From Macrostomum lignano (lineage: Eukaryota), in contig NIVC01003922.1 in the NCBI GenBank assembly GCA_002269645.1, positions 5,629 through 69,628 on the forward strand: 64,000 bases of DNA, given 5' to 3'. The position numbers were made by a program, and so were the translations under genes. Under the pieces are notes generated by a model, which did not search any database, had not been told where the DNA came from, and worked only from the letters and a program-made list of their open reading frames with translations. This document shows, piece after piece, positions 1 to 10,712 of the stretch; position 1 is the stretch's first letter; the number at the start of each line of letters is the position of its first letter.

Positions 1-790
1 TCCCTCCGAACCCACCAATTCTAAACTAAATCAGTGAGTTGGAATTCAGATTCATAAAATTGCGTCACCAGAATATGTCACAGCTACTCATAGTGCTGCA
101 AGACCTGGGGCTTAAAGCTTAAATGATTTGCCTGCGCTAATGTGCAAGGTGCGTGTAGGGGTGCGAAAGTGTGCTCACCGAACGTTTATGGATAAGTGGG
201 GGAGGGTGCAAGTAAGGGAGAGACTAGAAAGTCCGACTAATGTCGTGACTTGCCGTCTCCCCTAGGGAGCGAATTCAAGTCACTCGACGATCGTTTTGTA
301 CTCTCCGGGGGAGAGCGCATGAGGTGGGAGAGTACAAAGTCTGACACCGGGGCTGGCTTCTCATTGGTTGAGCACACTGGGAGGCACACCTGCTGCGGCC
401 GGGGTCGCCGTTGGCTTGGGACCGCTCGCTTTAGTCTCCGTGCGCTCTGATTGGCTGGTTCCGCCACTTCCTGTTTCCTCACCTGTGAGCAGGGGCAGGC
501 ACCCGAGACCACCTCCGTTCGCGCCCGCGGCAGATCCGTACTCCAGCCGACAGAGATCGCACTCCCACCTCACATGCACACATTCAGATCAGGCACACAA
601 ATTAATTTGGTTAATATGAATAGAAGAGGGATTTGGGAGATTAGACTCCGGAGGATTAATGATGAAGCGGCCCAACTCCCTTCGATTTCTTCCTTCAACG
701 CCACGCACACGCAGTTCTCATCCATGCCTCCGAGACCCTCATAAACTTAACAGCCGAAAGAATTTGAAAGAGGAATTAATCATTAATTTG

Positions 791-1090
791 ACTGCCACCA
801 GTTTGATGTACTATTATAAAAGAGAAAGGGGAACCTACCACCATCTTGGCGCATTACTAAAGAAAAGAAAAGGAGGATCAGCCACCATTTTGAGAGAGGT
901 TGCTAGGGAAAACTGCCACCAATTGTACATTAACAGGGAAGAGAAAGAGGGAACTCGTCACCAATTAGAGTGGATTGCACGGGGAAACTGCCACCATTTG
1001 CCCTTCTACCAGAGGAGAGGAAGACGAAAAACTGCCATCACTTAGAGGTGTATTATTAAAAGAAGGCGGGGAATAAGGCTACCACTACTT
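791..1090. repeat. Array of 8 PBS-like CTGCCACCA motifs separated by purine-rich unique spacers
   Basis: Motifs at 792, 835, 879, 913, 955, 988, 1032 and 1079 (three perfect); spacing 33-47 nt. Confidence 0.75.
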
Positions 1091-1250
1091 GATCACCTAG
1101 AGCTCAAGAGAAGGAAAGGGAATGAAGAAATGAAGAAACCCCCAAGAAGGCCACTATCACACGCCATAAAGTTAAGATCCCCATCTATCTACATCCTAAT
1201 AATTTGCTAGTTTCCTAACTCCTATCTTATCCTTTAAATTCTTGCGTCCA

Positions 1251-1658
1251 GGGCTCCGACAGGTCACCGCCGAGCCCATTGTTGAAGAGGAGTCCGACTA
1301 CGAAGCGCCCGAGGGCAGCCTTTCCGGGCCGGACACCCACTCCGATTCTGGGTCGGCCGCACCACCAGGCGGAGTCGGCGCCGAGGCGCCCGAGCCGCGC
1401 GGTAATCGGGCCGCCAGCGCGCCAGCGCCCGGGGCCAGTTGGTCGCCGGCGCCGCCACCGCTGTCAGGACGAGCCCGACCTCAGCCGCCGGTGGCGACCG
1501 TGGCACCGGTAGCCGCTGCCCCACAGTTCTCGCCAGCCTCTATGGTGGAGACCGATGGCTCCTGGCACTTGGTCGTGCTGGCGACGGCCCTGGTAGCCGG
1601 TCTCACCATGCATTGGCTGCTGCTCTTGGAGCTGTTTCTGCGGCTTCCCAACTGCTGA
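1251..1658 (+). CDS. Antisense ORF (probable terminal exon) inside the LTR element; acidic then Pro/Ala-rich with a hydrophobic C-terminus
   Basis: Acceptor-like cttatcctttaaattcttgcgtccag|G at 1250. Open frame EPIVEEESDYEAPEG...WHLVVLATALVAGLTMHWLLLLELFLRLPNC*. AATAAA at about 1771-1776. Confidence 0.45.
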   Translation, partial: GLRQVTAEPIVEEESDYEAPEGSLSGPDTHSDSGSAAPPGGVGAEAPEPRGNRAASAPAPGASWSPAPPPLSGRARPQPPVATVAPVAAAPQFSPASMVETDGSWHLVVLATALVAGLTMHWLLLLELFLRLPNC

Positions 1659-2248
1659 TACTAATCCTTCTCACGCTGACTTAATCTACCTACTCGAAAC
1701 TTAATTGCCCCACTAACTGACTTTAATTACTTACCTGACCTACAGTGAGTCTATACCTAGCCTACTCTAAAATAAACATTGCTCCCCATCTGTCTACTAA
1801 ACTTAATTACAATACACACCCCACTATTGCATCATCGAAACCAATTAAAATTTTCCCCAAATCTGACTTTCACAAAGTGTGAACAAACACACGAAATCAG
1901 ACCTAAAGGTGCTAATTTCCTACGGTCCCAGACTTCCATTGTTCCCAGAAAATCTTAAACAGCGGGACAGGACCTCCTGTGGAGCAGACCCATAGAAATT
2001 TTACTAGTTTCCAAGTTAATATTTACTGTTAGGGAATTAACGCATACCGTACGGGCCTAATTTTCGAGCTAAAATCTTAGATATTTAAACAACACCAACG
2101 AGCACGAGGTCACAACATAAATTCGAGTAATAGAGGGCATACGTAAATACGCGAAAAGCGGTCTCCAACGGGGCAACACGAGCAAAATTTCGACACGCGA
2201 ATCGGGGGGGGGAATTAAGCAATCACTGGCTAGCTACCGATCTGTTAC

Positions 2249-2772
2249 TCAGCGGGGGTCGAATGGGAGACTCACACCTAGCAAGTAAACATTTTCTGTT
2301 CGATAGTCTATGATAGCATGCGCACTGGCTAGAAAAGCACTACCCAGGAGGGAAACTGCTGCTGAATTGCCAACGACCAGAAAGAGGATTCTCACCTCTT
2401 CTAGCCCAATAACTGCTGTGAGGGTGGCCTGGCCTAGCATCTCTAATTCATTGCCCGTGTAGGACACGGCCTTCACACATGGGGGCTCCAGGGCCTCCAC
2501 ACTCTGTCCGGTAATTTTAGTAAAGTCTTTGACTGTTAGCAAAGACAGCGCACTGCCCCATCTACCAGGAGGCGGGTGGGAACATTCTCAATTGGCAACT
2601 CTACAACAATATCTCTCCCGCGTTGTCCTCTAGCTGGTCTTGGCTGATAGAAATCGGGTACCTTCTCAAATCTAAACTTCTTGCTGGGCGGGCGTGGCAG
2701 GTTAATCTGGGCCCTAGAGAGGGAACGGGGCTGAGTTCGGGCCGGGCCATTCAGCCCTCCCACGGGTTTCCC
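2249..2772 (-). pseudogene. Retropepsin-type aspartic protease with a 1-nt frameshift at the active site
   Basis: IVVELPIENVPTRLLVD-(x)-GSALSLLTVKDF...LLGSAFL once 1 nt is restored in the C-run at 2556-2559. This gives LVD[S/T]GS and the downstream LLGxxFL motif. Ends at TGA 2251-2249. Confidence 0.85.
2728..2772 (-). promoter_or_regulatory. -1 programmed ribosomal frameshift signal (gag to pro)
   Basis: Slippery heptamer G_GGA_AAC (2772-2766) in the gag frame, 8-nt spacer, then stem GGGCTGA (2757-2751) / TCAGCCC (2734-2728). The -1 frame is the open pro frame. Confidence 0.8.
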
Positions 2773-4199
2773 GAACCCGGGGGCTCTTCAGGCGTGGGAG
2801 GAGGAGGCATCAGAGCTTGCGCGCGCAGCTAGCTGGGCGAGCCTCTCCTGCCTCTCCCTGGTAGCCTCGTCTAACATATCTCTGCCCCAATCCGCTAAAT
2901 CTTGCCTATGGCGATCGGGTGGCGCACGAAGCTGCAATTGTTGCTGCTGCACACCCGGCGCCGGCGGCGTGGGCGCCTCCTGAATTGCAAGCGGCGGGGG
3001 CTGGGATTGGCGCCAGTTCCTACTGCTATTAGAGCCGCCCTGCCCCTGCCTCCAGTTCCTGTTGGGAGTGGCGGGGCGAGGGGGTCTCATCTGCTGGGGC
3101 AGCTGGGCAACAGACTCTGCTGTCGCCTTCATAGTTTCATTGAGCTGCACCAGCTGGTTGCGCAGATCCTTTTGCGTTTGCTCTAGCGCGCCCAGCCTCT
3201 CTTGCATCTCTGATAGGCCGTCACCGTCCTCCTCCGTCTCGTCAGCTTCCTGGTTCACCATCCTGACCCACTTGCGAGGGGGCCTGGGTGGCTGCTGAGG
3301 TTGCAGACGGACTTCGGTGCGGGACTCAGACTTGGGCGGGCCACTACTGTCCCATTTCCCGGCTAAGTCTGCGGCTTCTAACAGGGCTTGCTGCTGTTCT
3401 AACACCTGCTCAATTGTCTGCCAGCGACGGCTCAACAGATCTTGTCTGACCTGGCGGGGGAGCTTAGCGTGTTCCAAGTAGGTGTACACGATTTCTTGTT
3501 CTCTCTGCTCACCCTGAATCTGAGGAAACATGGCCGTTATCTGAGATCTTATCATAGCAGCAAAAGCACTATGTGATTGGCCGGGTTTCTGGCTCAGATT
3601 CTTCAGCTTATTTCTCTTAGCCAGATCAGTGTTGGCCTCGCCCAACTGCTCGCCTAATCTAGATACGAACTGCTCAAATGGCAATTGCCCGTCCAATCCT
3701 AAGGCTAAGTTCTGAAATTCGCCTGGGAGGTGCGAGATGAGCACCTGTTTCCTAGCCTGATCTCCTACAGTTCTCTCCGCGTCCAGCTTGTAGATCATTC
3801 TCTCTACCCATTGCACAAAACAGTGTTCGCCGGGAGAGAACTTCTCTACGTAGATTTTCGGCCTCTGGGCGTCTTGGCCCATGTTTAGCTGGTTTAACGC
3901 ATTGGCTATAGCAGCAACTAAGTCTCCTAGCTGCGGGACTGCCTGAGGAGGATTCTGGGCTGCGTCCGGGGAGCAGCGGCGGCTGCTGCGTCACCCTGAT
4001 TGGGAGCGGGAGCTGCTACTCCTTCATCTGGTTCCTCAACTACTACTGCTTCTGGAGGCTGAGGGACCTGGTTACCAGCGGCTGCGGCCATTGCGGCTGC
4101 GGGGGCGGCAACTGCTGGGGTGTCAGCGGCCGAGGGTGGTTGACCAGGGGCGTCTGCGCACACAGCTTCTACGACCCTATCTCCACGCGCCCGTGACAT
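2751..4199 (-). pseudogene. gag: Gag with two small frameshifts
   Basis: Joins ORFs 3927-4199 and 2788-3882 across a 1-nt loss in the G-run at 3968-3971 (APPDAAQNPPQAVPQLGDLVAAIANALNQLNMGQ). Gag-like core FSPGEHCFVQWVERMIYKL...KQVLISHLPGEF. A 2-nt loss in the (GC)n run near 2821-2826 restores the C-terminus QALMPPPPTPEEPPGSGNPWEG*. Confidence 0.8.
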
Positions 4200-6533
4200 G
4201 TGAATGCCGGATAGCTGGGGGAGTACCCACTACCGGGAAGGAAAAGAAAAGAAAGCCGGGGCAACTACAGGTAAAGACCGAAAAGTTGACCCGAAACACA
4301 CAAACACAGACAAAACTCACACACTTGCGGCGTCGAAGAAAACAAATTGAAAAACGGGTGGCTCCACATAATTCCAGTTAGGCAGTCCTAACGGCTTCAC
4401 TCGGCAAAGCACACAAACTCAACTGCGGCTACCACTACCAGTTGTCTATGGCACATCCTGACAGGGAAAAATTGGCTATTCAGAGAGACTTGACCTTCAT
4501 TTTGCGGCCATGCTAGGGAACCCAAATGCCGACCGTAAACGGACTTACGGCACCTGTACAAATTCTCCCCTAGGGTTGCGCGCCGGACCCCATTTCCTTA
4601 AGAAAGCTACTACGAAGAAGCGTTGGCGCCTGGACCCAAAAACCCAAGTGGCGGGAGCAATCGCCATGGAGGTCCTCCCACTTTACTGCCCTTGCACAGC
4701 CGGAAAACCGTCGGAGTCCAGTGGGGCTTCCACCTCAGGACTACCAATCTTGTACACGCAGCTTCACAAAAGGCGGGAATCCAGCTCCCCTACGTCTAGC
4801 AGAATCCACAAAAACCAAGACCTCCCCTTTCTGTTCAGAGCGAAGGCGCGCAGCGGGAGTCCAGACTAAACTGTCCCCGAAGTTTTCAGGTTAGGCGGAT
4901 TACAAGCCTGAAACTCTCGCCCGCTTTCCTAGGATAAACAGACCTAAGTGAGTATCTTCCTGAAATGCTTGCCCCTCCGATACTCCACCTTTGCTGCAGC
5001 TCGAAATAGCATACTTGGGACCTTTATCTGATGGCGGAGAAAGTCCTACAGTTGTCAGCCTCTCCACTTTACTGTACTTGAACGCCCGGTTCTACCAGGA
5101 GACAGCGGTACCTCCATCTAGGTTATTCCAAGTTGCCAGAGACGTCAACCCGTCTTATTGACCTTGCGGGGCACTGGGGTGGCACTCTATGTACCGGGGC
5201 TTTTACATTAGGGGACTGCATGCAACCCTGCGTCTAAGCGCTTAGTGGGCTGCAGTGGCCAGAGGGGAAAAGAGTTGCACAATAGCGCCTTCCTGGGCCA
5301 GGCTGACAAGTCGGGCAGGAGCGCCGTTCTACCGGGTCGGGCTGATTGGCACACCCACCTCCCCTATCAGACTGACAGCAGGGGGGGGGAGGAATTACTA
5401 AAGGAGGAGAATGCAGCAGGAAAAATTACGAGATCACTGGGGGCCACCAGACTTCCAGTACACCATTCCAATACTCACTGAACTCCACTATCAATAGGAT
5501 ACTATGGGATCTACTATTTCCAGCCACTGCACCAGCCCAAATGCAACCAAAGCAGTTACTACCGGGTCTGCAATGCAGTGGGGAGAGTCAGCAGACACGT
5601 TGGGATCGAATCCCAGCCATGAAGGCACCAGGGGTTGCCGCCGAATTCAGGTCCGGGCTGATCGCAGGTATTCCATAGGAGGTGACACTTTTTTTAGCCC
5701 GAGATTTTTGAGTCACACTGATACCCTACAGAGATACAATCACACCGCTATTCCCATTCCTGCGAGACTTTGGTATCCCCCAATGTTTCCAAGGCCATGA
5801 CTACTGCTTCCCTTACTATGCATATATAGCGAGTTCCCCCTAGCCCTTGATAGCTGTTCATTCTAATGGACAAACAAAACACGCTCCGGTCTCTACGCAT
5901 TTCTAGGATTAACTGAGCGATCAGGGAGAGCGACTGTTACACTCCCCCGAGTAAAAGAAAGAGGTAGGACAAAGGAAAGAAATGCTTCGCTTCTAGCTTC
6001 CCTGTGCTTGCGTGATGAGGCTTCCGTACCTGGCTGGCTGTCCACCTCAACACTCACACAGTTCTGCTGTAGGCTAGGCGAGAGAAAGAAAGGGAGGGGA
6101 AATAAAGCATATTGCCATGAAATAGAAAGTGAGTCCGGAAAATTCACTTTCGCAGTTCTTCACACACTCCGTTACCAGGTAGCTATTCTGATTGTAATCA
6201 AATCCGCTCGTCTACCACTTCACACTTTCTAGCGCTGAAGCTGATCGGCTAAATTAATTTTAAGTTGAATCAGGGGCTTTCGGCGAATGAATGAATTTGG
6301 AAATTTCGAATGAATTGAACGAATTCGCAGCCCGAAAAATTTGAAAAATTACATTAATATTTTTGGATTTTGTTGCCTCACGCCATGGGAGAAGAGAATG
6401 ACGATTGGCGATTTTTACGATTGATAGATTTAGACATGGCACTCTTTGCGCTTCGGCCACCATTCTGAGGGATGCCACAGGTGCACTTGTCACATCTAAA
6501 CCACCAGTCCGAAACTCAGCACTGTTTGCACCA

Positions 6534-6552
6534 AATCCCACCGCTGCCACCA
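6534..6552 (-). promoter_or_regulatory. Primer-binding site complementary to tRNA-Leu 3' end
   Basis: Plus strand AATCCCACCGCTGCCACCA equals the 3' 19 nt (including CCA) of eukaryotic tRNA-Leu(AAG/UAG) as I recall it; 3 nt from the LTR end. Confidence 0.92.
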
Positions 6553-6555
6553 TTT

Positions 6556-8594
6556 TGATGTAACCGCCCTTGTCGCCTGCCCGCTCCGTAGAGAGACGAA
6601 CGCATGACTAGAGGGGGCAATGACCGTAGGCTGCCTATGACCGGGCAATGACCTGACGGACCTCCAGCACCAGACTGTCCCGCCCACATGATTAGTAGCT
6701 TTGGTAGCGCTTCGTGACCAGAGGGCCAAGGACCCACATGGACCCCACCTGTAGCCAAGGTGCAATAGTTGGTCACTCGGTCATGGTATGACCGAGTGGC
6801 TGCCACCACTCTATGTGACCTGGCGCACCTGGATCTTTCTACCAGACCTCTAGAGGCTAGAGCCCCGCCTGGGATGGTTACCAGGAGATTTAGGCTAACA
6901 GGGGAGACACATGCAGCCGAGTACAGGGACTCTGCTTGGGGCATGATCGGGAACTCTGGGCTCAATCTGGAGGATTTCTCAGCAGGGGATCCTTTGTGAC
7001 TGTGAGCGAGGCTGACTTACGACCTTGATTACTAAGAGTAGTATGAGGCGAACATGTACTGTCTACAGTTTAGATTGCTCAGGGCGAAGGGACGCGTCAG
7101 TATGGGGTTGCAACCTTCCTACTGCCATTCTGTGCCAAGTGTGCCAACTGCACGCACACGCGGCCCCGCAGCACGCACTCACAGGCGGGCTTTGCACGGG
7201 GAGAGGCCATTAGCTTACCCAAACTTTCCTATGCTTTGCCACCCCGGGAGAAAGGCTTAGCAAGCCATGAGTGAAATGATGGTGGAAGAGTGAATAATGA
7301 TGAAGTTATTTAATAGTTAATAATTCGGCCCTTAGGCAAATAATCAGGCAATTAGGCGGCTTCACTATTAAGTAAAAATATAGCAAAAGATACGGTATTA
7401 CAACTGGCTCAGCTCTCTAATCAGACAATGGAGAAAATAGGCAAACTCCGGATAAGCAAAGGCAATTGGAGCACAAATCAGTAATAGGAACTTACCGGCA
7501 GCTGCACAGAGAGAGAGAGAGAGAGAGAGAGGCGGAGTGACCGAGGGCGGCTGTAGGCTGCAGTCAGGCAGATGGTGAAGCGGCGATGCGCTGAGGCGAC
7601 GAGGCGCTGGTGTAGGAGCCCGAAGGTGGGCAAAAGTTGAGTCTTCTCATGCCGAAAACCGCCTCCTTTTATAGCCTTCCCAGCCGCCGCTCCAAGGTCG
7701 TTCCCATGGCTCCCTCTCTCTGATTGGCTGCCGGCCGAATGACGTCAGAATGAGTCATGATGAGAAACATGAGACCGGCATAGCAACATGAGAAATAGGG
7801 AAATTGTGCAATCCGGAGGTGGGGTGGGGGATAATTGGCGCAGCGGGTGGTCGCGAAAGTGTTGCGCAAGCAAACATTGAGAACAATGGGGCCGGGGTCG
7901 AGAACAAAGGAATTGGAAATCGGGGATAATTGAGGAGAATCAAGAACAATGGAAAAGTAAACATTGGAGAAAAGGTGATAATTAGGTGCGAAAACGAGAA
8001 CAAAAGAAAGAGAAAATCGGAGAAAATGCGATAATTGGTGGGGGTAGAGAGAACAAAAGAATCAAAAACGAGAACAATAGAAGCGGAGGTGGGGTGGGTG
8101 TCGCATGAGAAATTTGGGGAGGAGAACAATGGCGTGAGAAAAGGTTGCGCAAGAGAGGGGGATGAGTCATCGATGAGTCATCCGGGGGAAGAAGGGGTCA
8201 CACGACTTGCGTCACCGTTTGGGAGTTTGGGAAAGGATGGGAGGACGGTGAGCACACAACATACTGTAAGTAGACGTAGAGAAAGAGGGGACAGCGCAAG
8301 AATAGAGTGCAGAGAGAGACAAAAAAGAGGGGGGATAGGGAAAGTACAAGAAGAATAGGGTGGAGTGCAGGGGAGATAAGGTAGAGGGGAGGGTACAGAG
8401 AGGGACAGGGAGCTCCGGAAAGGCAGGTGTGGCGGCAGGGGAGACGGAACCAAGGCAGCAGGGGGGTGCAGCAGAGCGGGAGTCTCCAGGCCTGGTCGGA
8501 AACCTGGCCGAGTCTCGACGGCTCTGTGCAGGGGGTACACGGGATAGGAGGCACTTTCGAAAAAGTTCCTATGCCCTATCCCATGGTTACATCA
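6556..8594 (-). repeat. 5' LTR (2039 bp)
   Basis: Perfect 10-bp terminal inverted repeat TGATGTAACC (6556-6565) / GGTTACATCA (8585-8594) with TG...CA ends. On the minus strand it is followed by AAA and then the PBS. Confidence 0.85.
7636..7757 (-). promoter_or_regulatory. LTR Pol II promoter
   Basis: Minus-strand TATAAAAG (7673-7666), CCAAT (7727-7723), palindromic CRE TGACGTCA (7740-7747), AP-1 TGAGTCA (7751-7757). Inr-like ACTCAAC about 30 nt downstream of TATA (7642-7636). Confidence 0.65.
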
Positions 8595-9081
8595 AATGAT
8601 TAAAATGTAGATCCAATAGAAGTTTAAGCAGAAAAAAGTTTACTGTATATTTATTGTCAGCCATTCTGGTATTTTGGTTAGTTAAATTACTTTAAATGTA
8701 CAGGTTTGTGTGCGTCATCAATATGGCAGTTCCAGGTTGCAGTGTTTTACTGTAAGTACATGTAGTAAAATTAAATTTGTTCTATATTAGTTTCCGCCAA
8801 TGACTGCGCCTCTACACTAATTCAAAAGAGAAAGTTCAGAAAGCACACTGTTTAGCAAATTTTAAAAAAGGCAGCAATTTAAGCTATTTTGAAATGCTTA
8901 TTTGAGGATTGACAAAAAATCAGATCAAACCCCAATGTTATTAGAGCAAGACAATATTAAATCACAAACAAACAGTTATTTAGAATATTAAAAGATAATT
9001 TTCCACTGAAAGCTCAGCACTTGCTCTTTGGATTTTATAACTTGACTCGCAGATTGCAACTGTGGTGGGTGCTATTCAGTA

Positions 9082-9615
9082 CTATTGCTTGTGCTGCTGC
9101 TGTCGCTGCTGCTGCTGTTGCTGCTTCTCCTGCTGCTGCTGTGCCTGCTGCTCCTGCCGCTGTTGGGCGTAGTATTGCTTCACTGCCTCGCAGCGAGACA
9201 CTCAGTGATTTTCCCCGCAGAAGTAGCATTCTATTTCTGTGAAAGAAGACAGGCATGGTGAAATAGTCAGTTTTTTAATTTAACACAATCGTGTTTGATT
9301 TATACTTAAGCCCAGAATTAAATTCAATAATTTGACTAAGACTGATTCGTACGATTGGTTCGTTTGCTTCAAAGAGTGAAGAAAGAGAGAAAGCAAATGT
9401 GTGTACGCGATCTGTATTTAGAACTCTACGGGTTGTTTGCTTCTAAGAGTTAACAAGAAAGAAGAAAGTTTTTGTAAGTGTTAAGTATTTATAAAACTCT
9501 ACACTTCTAAGAGAGGTGAAATGAAAAAGCAGTAACAATACGTACGATACTTACTTCGGCAAGGTTGGTTCTGGCGGCGTCGAGGCCGGCCGCCTTCGAT
9601 GATGGTAATTTTCAT
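9082..9615 (-). pseudogene. Two-exon micro-gene: CCHC-type zinc knuckle plus polyQ tail, one in-frame TGA
   Basis: Exon 1 9615-9555 (MKITIIEGGRPRRRQNQPCR, donor GTAAGT) splices in frame to exon 2 9236-9082 (acceptor cttctttcacag): KIECYFCGENH*VSRCEAVKQYYAQQRQEQQAQQQQEKQQQQQQRQQQHKQ*. Confidence 0.65.
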
Positions 9616-10712
9616 AAGATTGAGTTTAGTAGCAAGTAGCAAGTAGATTCAGTAGCAAGAAGAATAGTAGTAGTAATAGTAAGAAATTCAGTAGCGAACA
9701 GAAAATGGGCAAAAAGTGAGAATATATTTATAGCAAAACGTTTTGGGGGTGGTTGGTGGGTTGGCCACGCAGGGCTGGGGCAGTCAAATGGAGCTAAGCT
9801 CAAGAGAGTGACAGCAGTGGCTGGATTGGTTGGGCTAAGCCATGCGGGGGATTGCGGGTTGAGGGGTAAAGCTCACGCTGGCAGAGAGAAGGAGCGAGAG
9901 CACTATGTTGGGTGGGTGGATTAAGCCAAGCTGGGCCAGGGGAGGTTGAGTTAAAACCAGTTTAAGCTAGTAAGTAGCAATACTCGGCAGTTTTTAATTG
10001 TCGCGACTTTCTTAGTCATGTCAAAGACTTAGTTGTAAAATCCGGGTTGGGGTTGATTGCAAGTAAGAATTAGGAGGGGTGGTAGAGTGTAGAGTGTGCG
10101 ACTGAGAAGATAGGCGAGATTATAGAGCCAATCAGAAGGCGGGTACAGAGAGAGAAAAGAATAACAAGACTGAACTGGATAGAGAGGGACGGAAAATAAA
10201 GTAAACCCAAACAAGTCCTCATGAACTGGATAAATCTATCTAAATATACGAAATCCATTTACCAAATGACTGACTAATAATTCTGACTAAATTGACTAAC
10301 TAAATGACTCATTGTTTAAGTGTGAAAAACGATAATCGCAGATAACCTTGAGAGGGGTTGGCCCTGGCAGTTCAATTAGCCTCGCGAGATCACGCTATTG
10401 TAAGGTCTAGACCCCACCCACCCCAGCGGATTTAGTCTGGAAACAAAGAAATCGCAGACAGGGGAGGGGTATCTGCATTCTGATTGGCTGTTTAGTGGTG
10501 TGGGTTAACTGGTGGTGATTGGGGTGTGGGCTTGACTATTGCAACTTAAAATGTAAAATGTAAATGTAAATGTAAAAGTCAAAATGTATTGCAAATTGTG
10601 TTTTTTAATCTGCTATTTCTACTGAAGTATTTTGCACTGCAACATTTCTAGAAACTCTTTCTATTTTCTATGTTTTGTTTCGACTTTGTTAAAACTGAAC
10701 AACTTAGCAACA

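Larger units (their letters stand above)
1..8594 (-). mobile_element. Ty3/Gypsy-like LTR retrotransposon, gag-pro only in this window (probably non-autonomous); 3' LTR would lie left of the window
   Basis: 5' LTR 6556-8594, tRNA-Leu PBS 6534-6552, gag 4199-2751, slippery site, aspartic protease ending in a stop at 2249. No RT/RH/IN motifs recognised in 1-2248. Purine run GGAGGGA on the minus strand at 7-1 may be the start of the PPT. Confidence 0.88.

Noticed and set aside
791-1090. CRISPR array
   Set aside because: Repeat is only 9-10 nt and degenerate, context is eukaryotic, and there are no cas genes. The other arrays in the window lack unique spacers.
9640-9710. AGT-rich run as a Maverick terminus
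   Set aside because: No matching inverted repeat found near 22 kb or elsewhere in the window.
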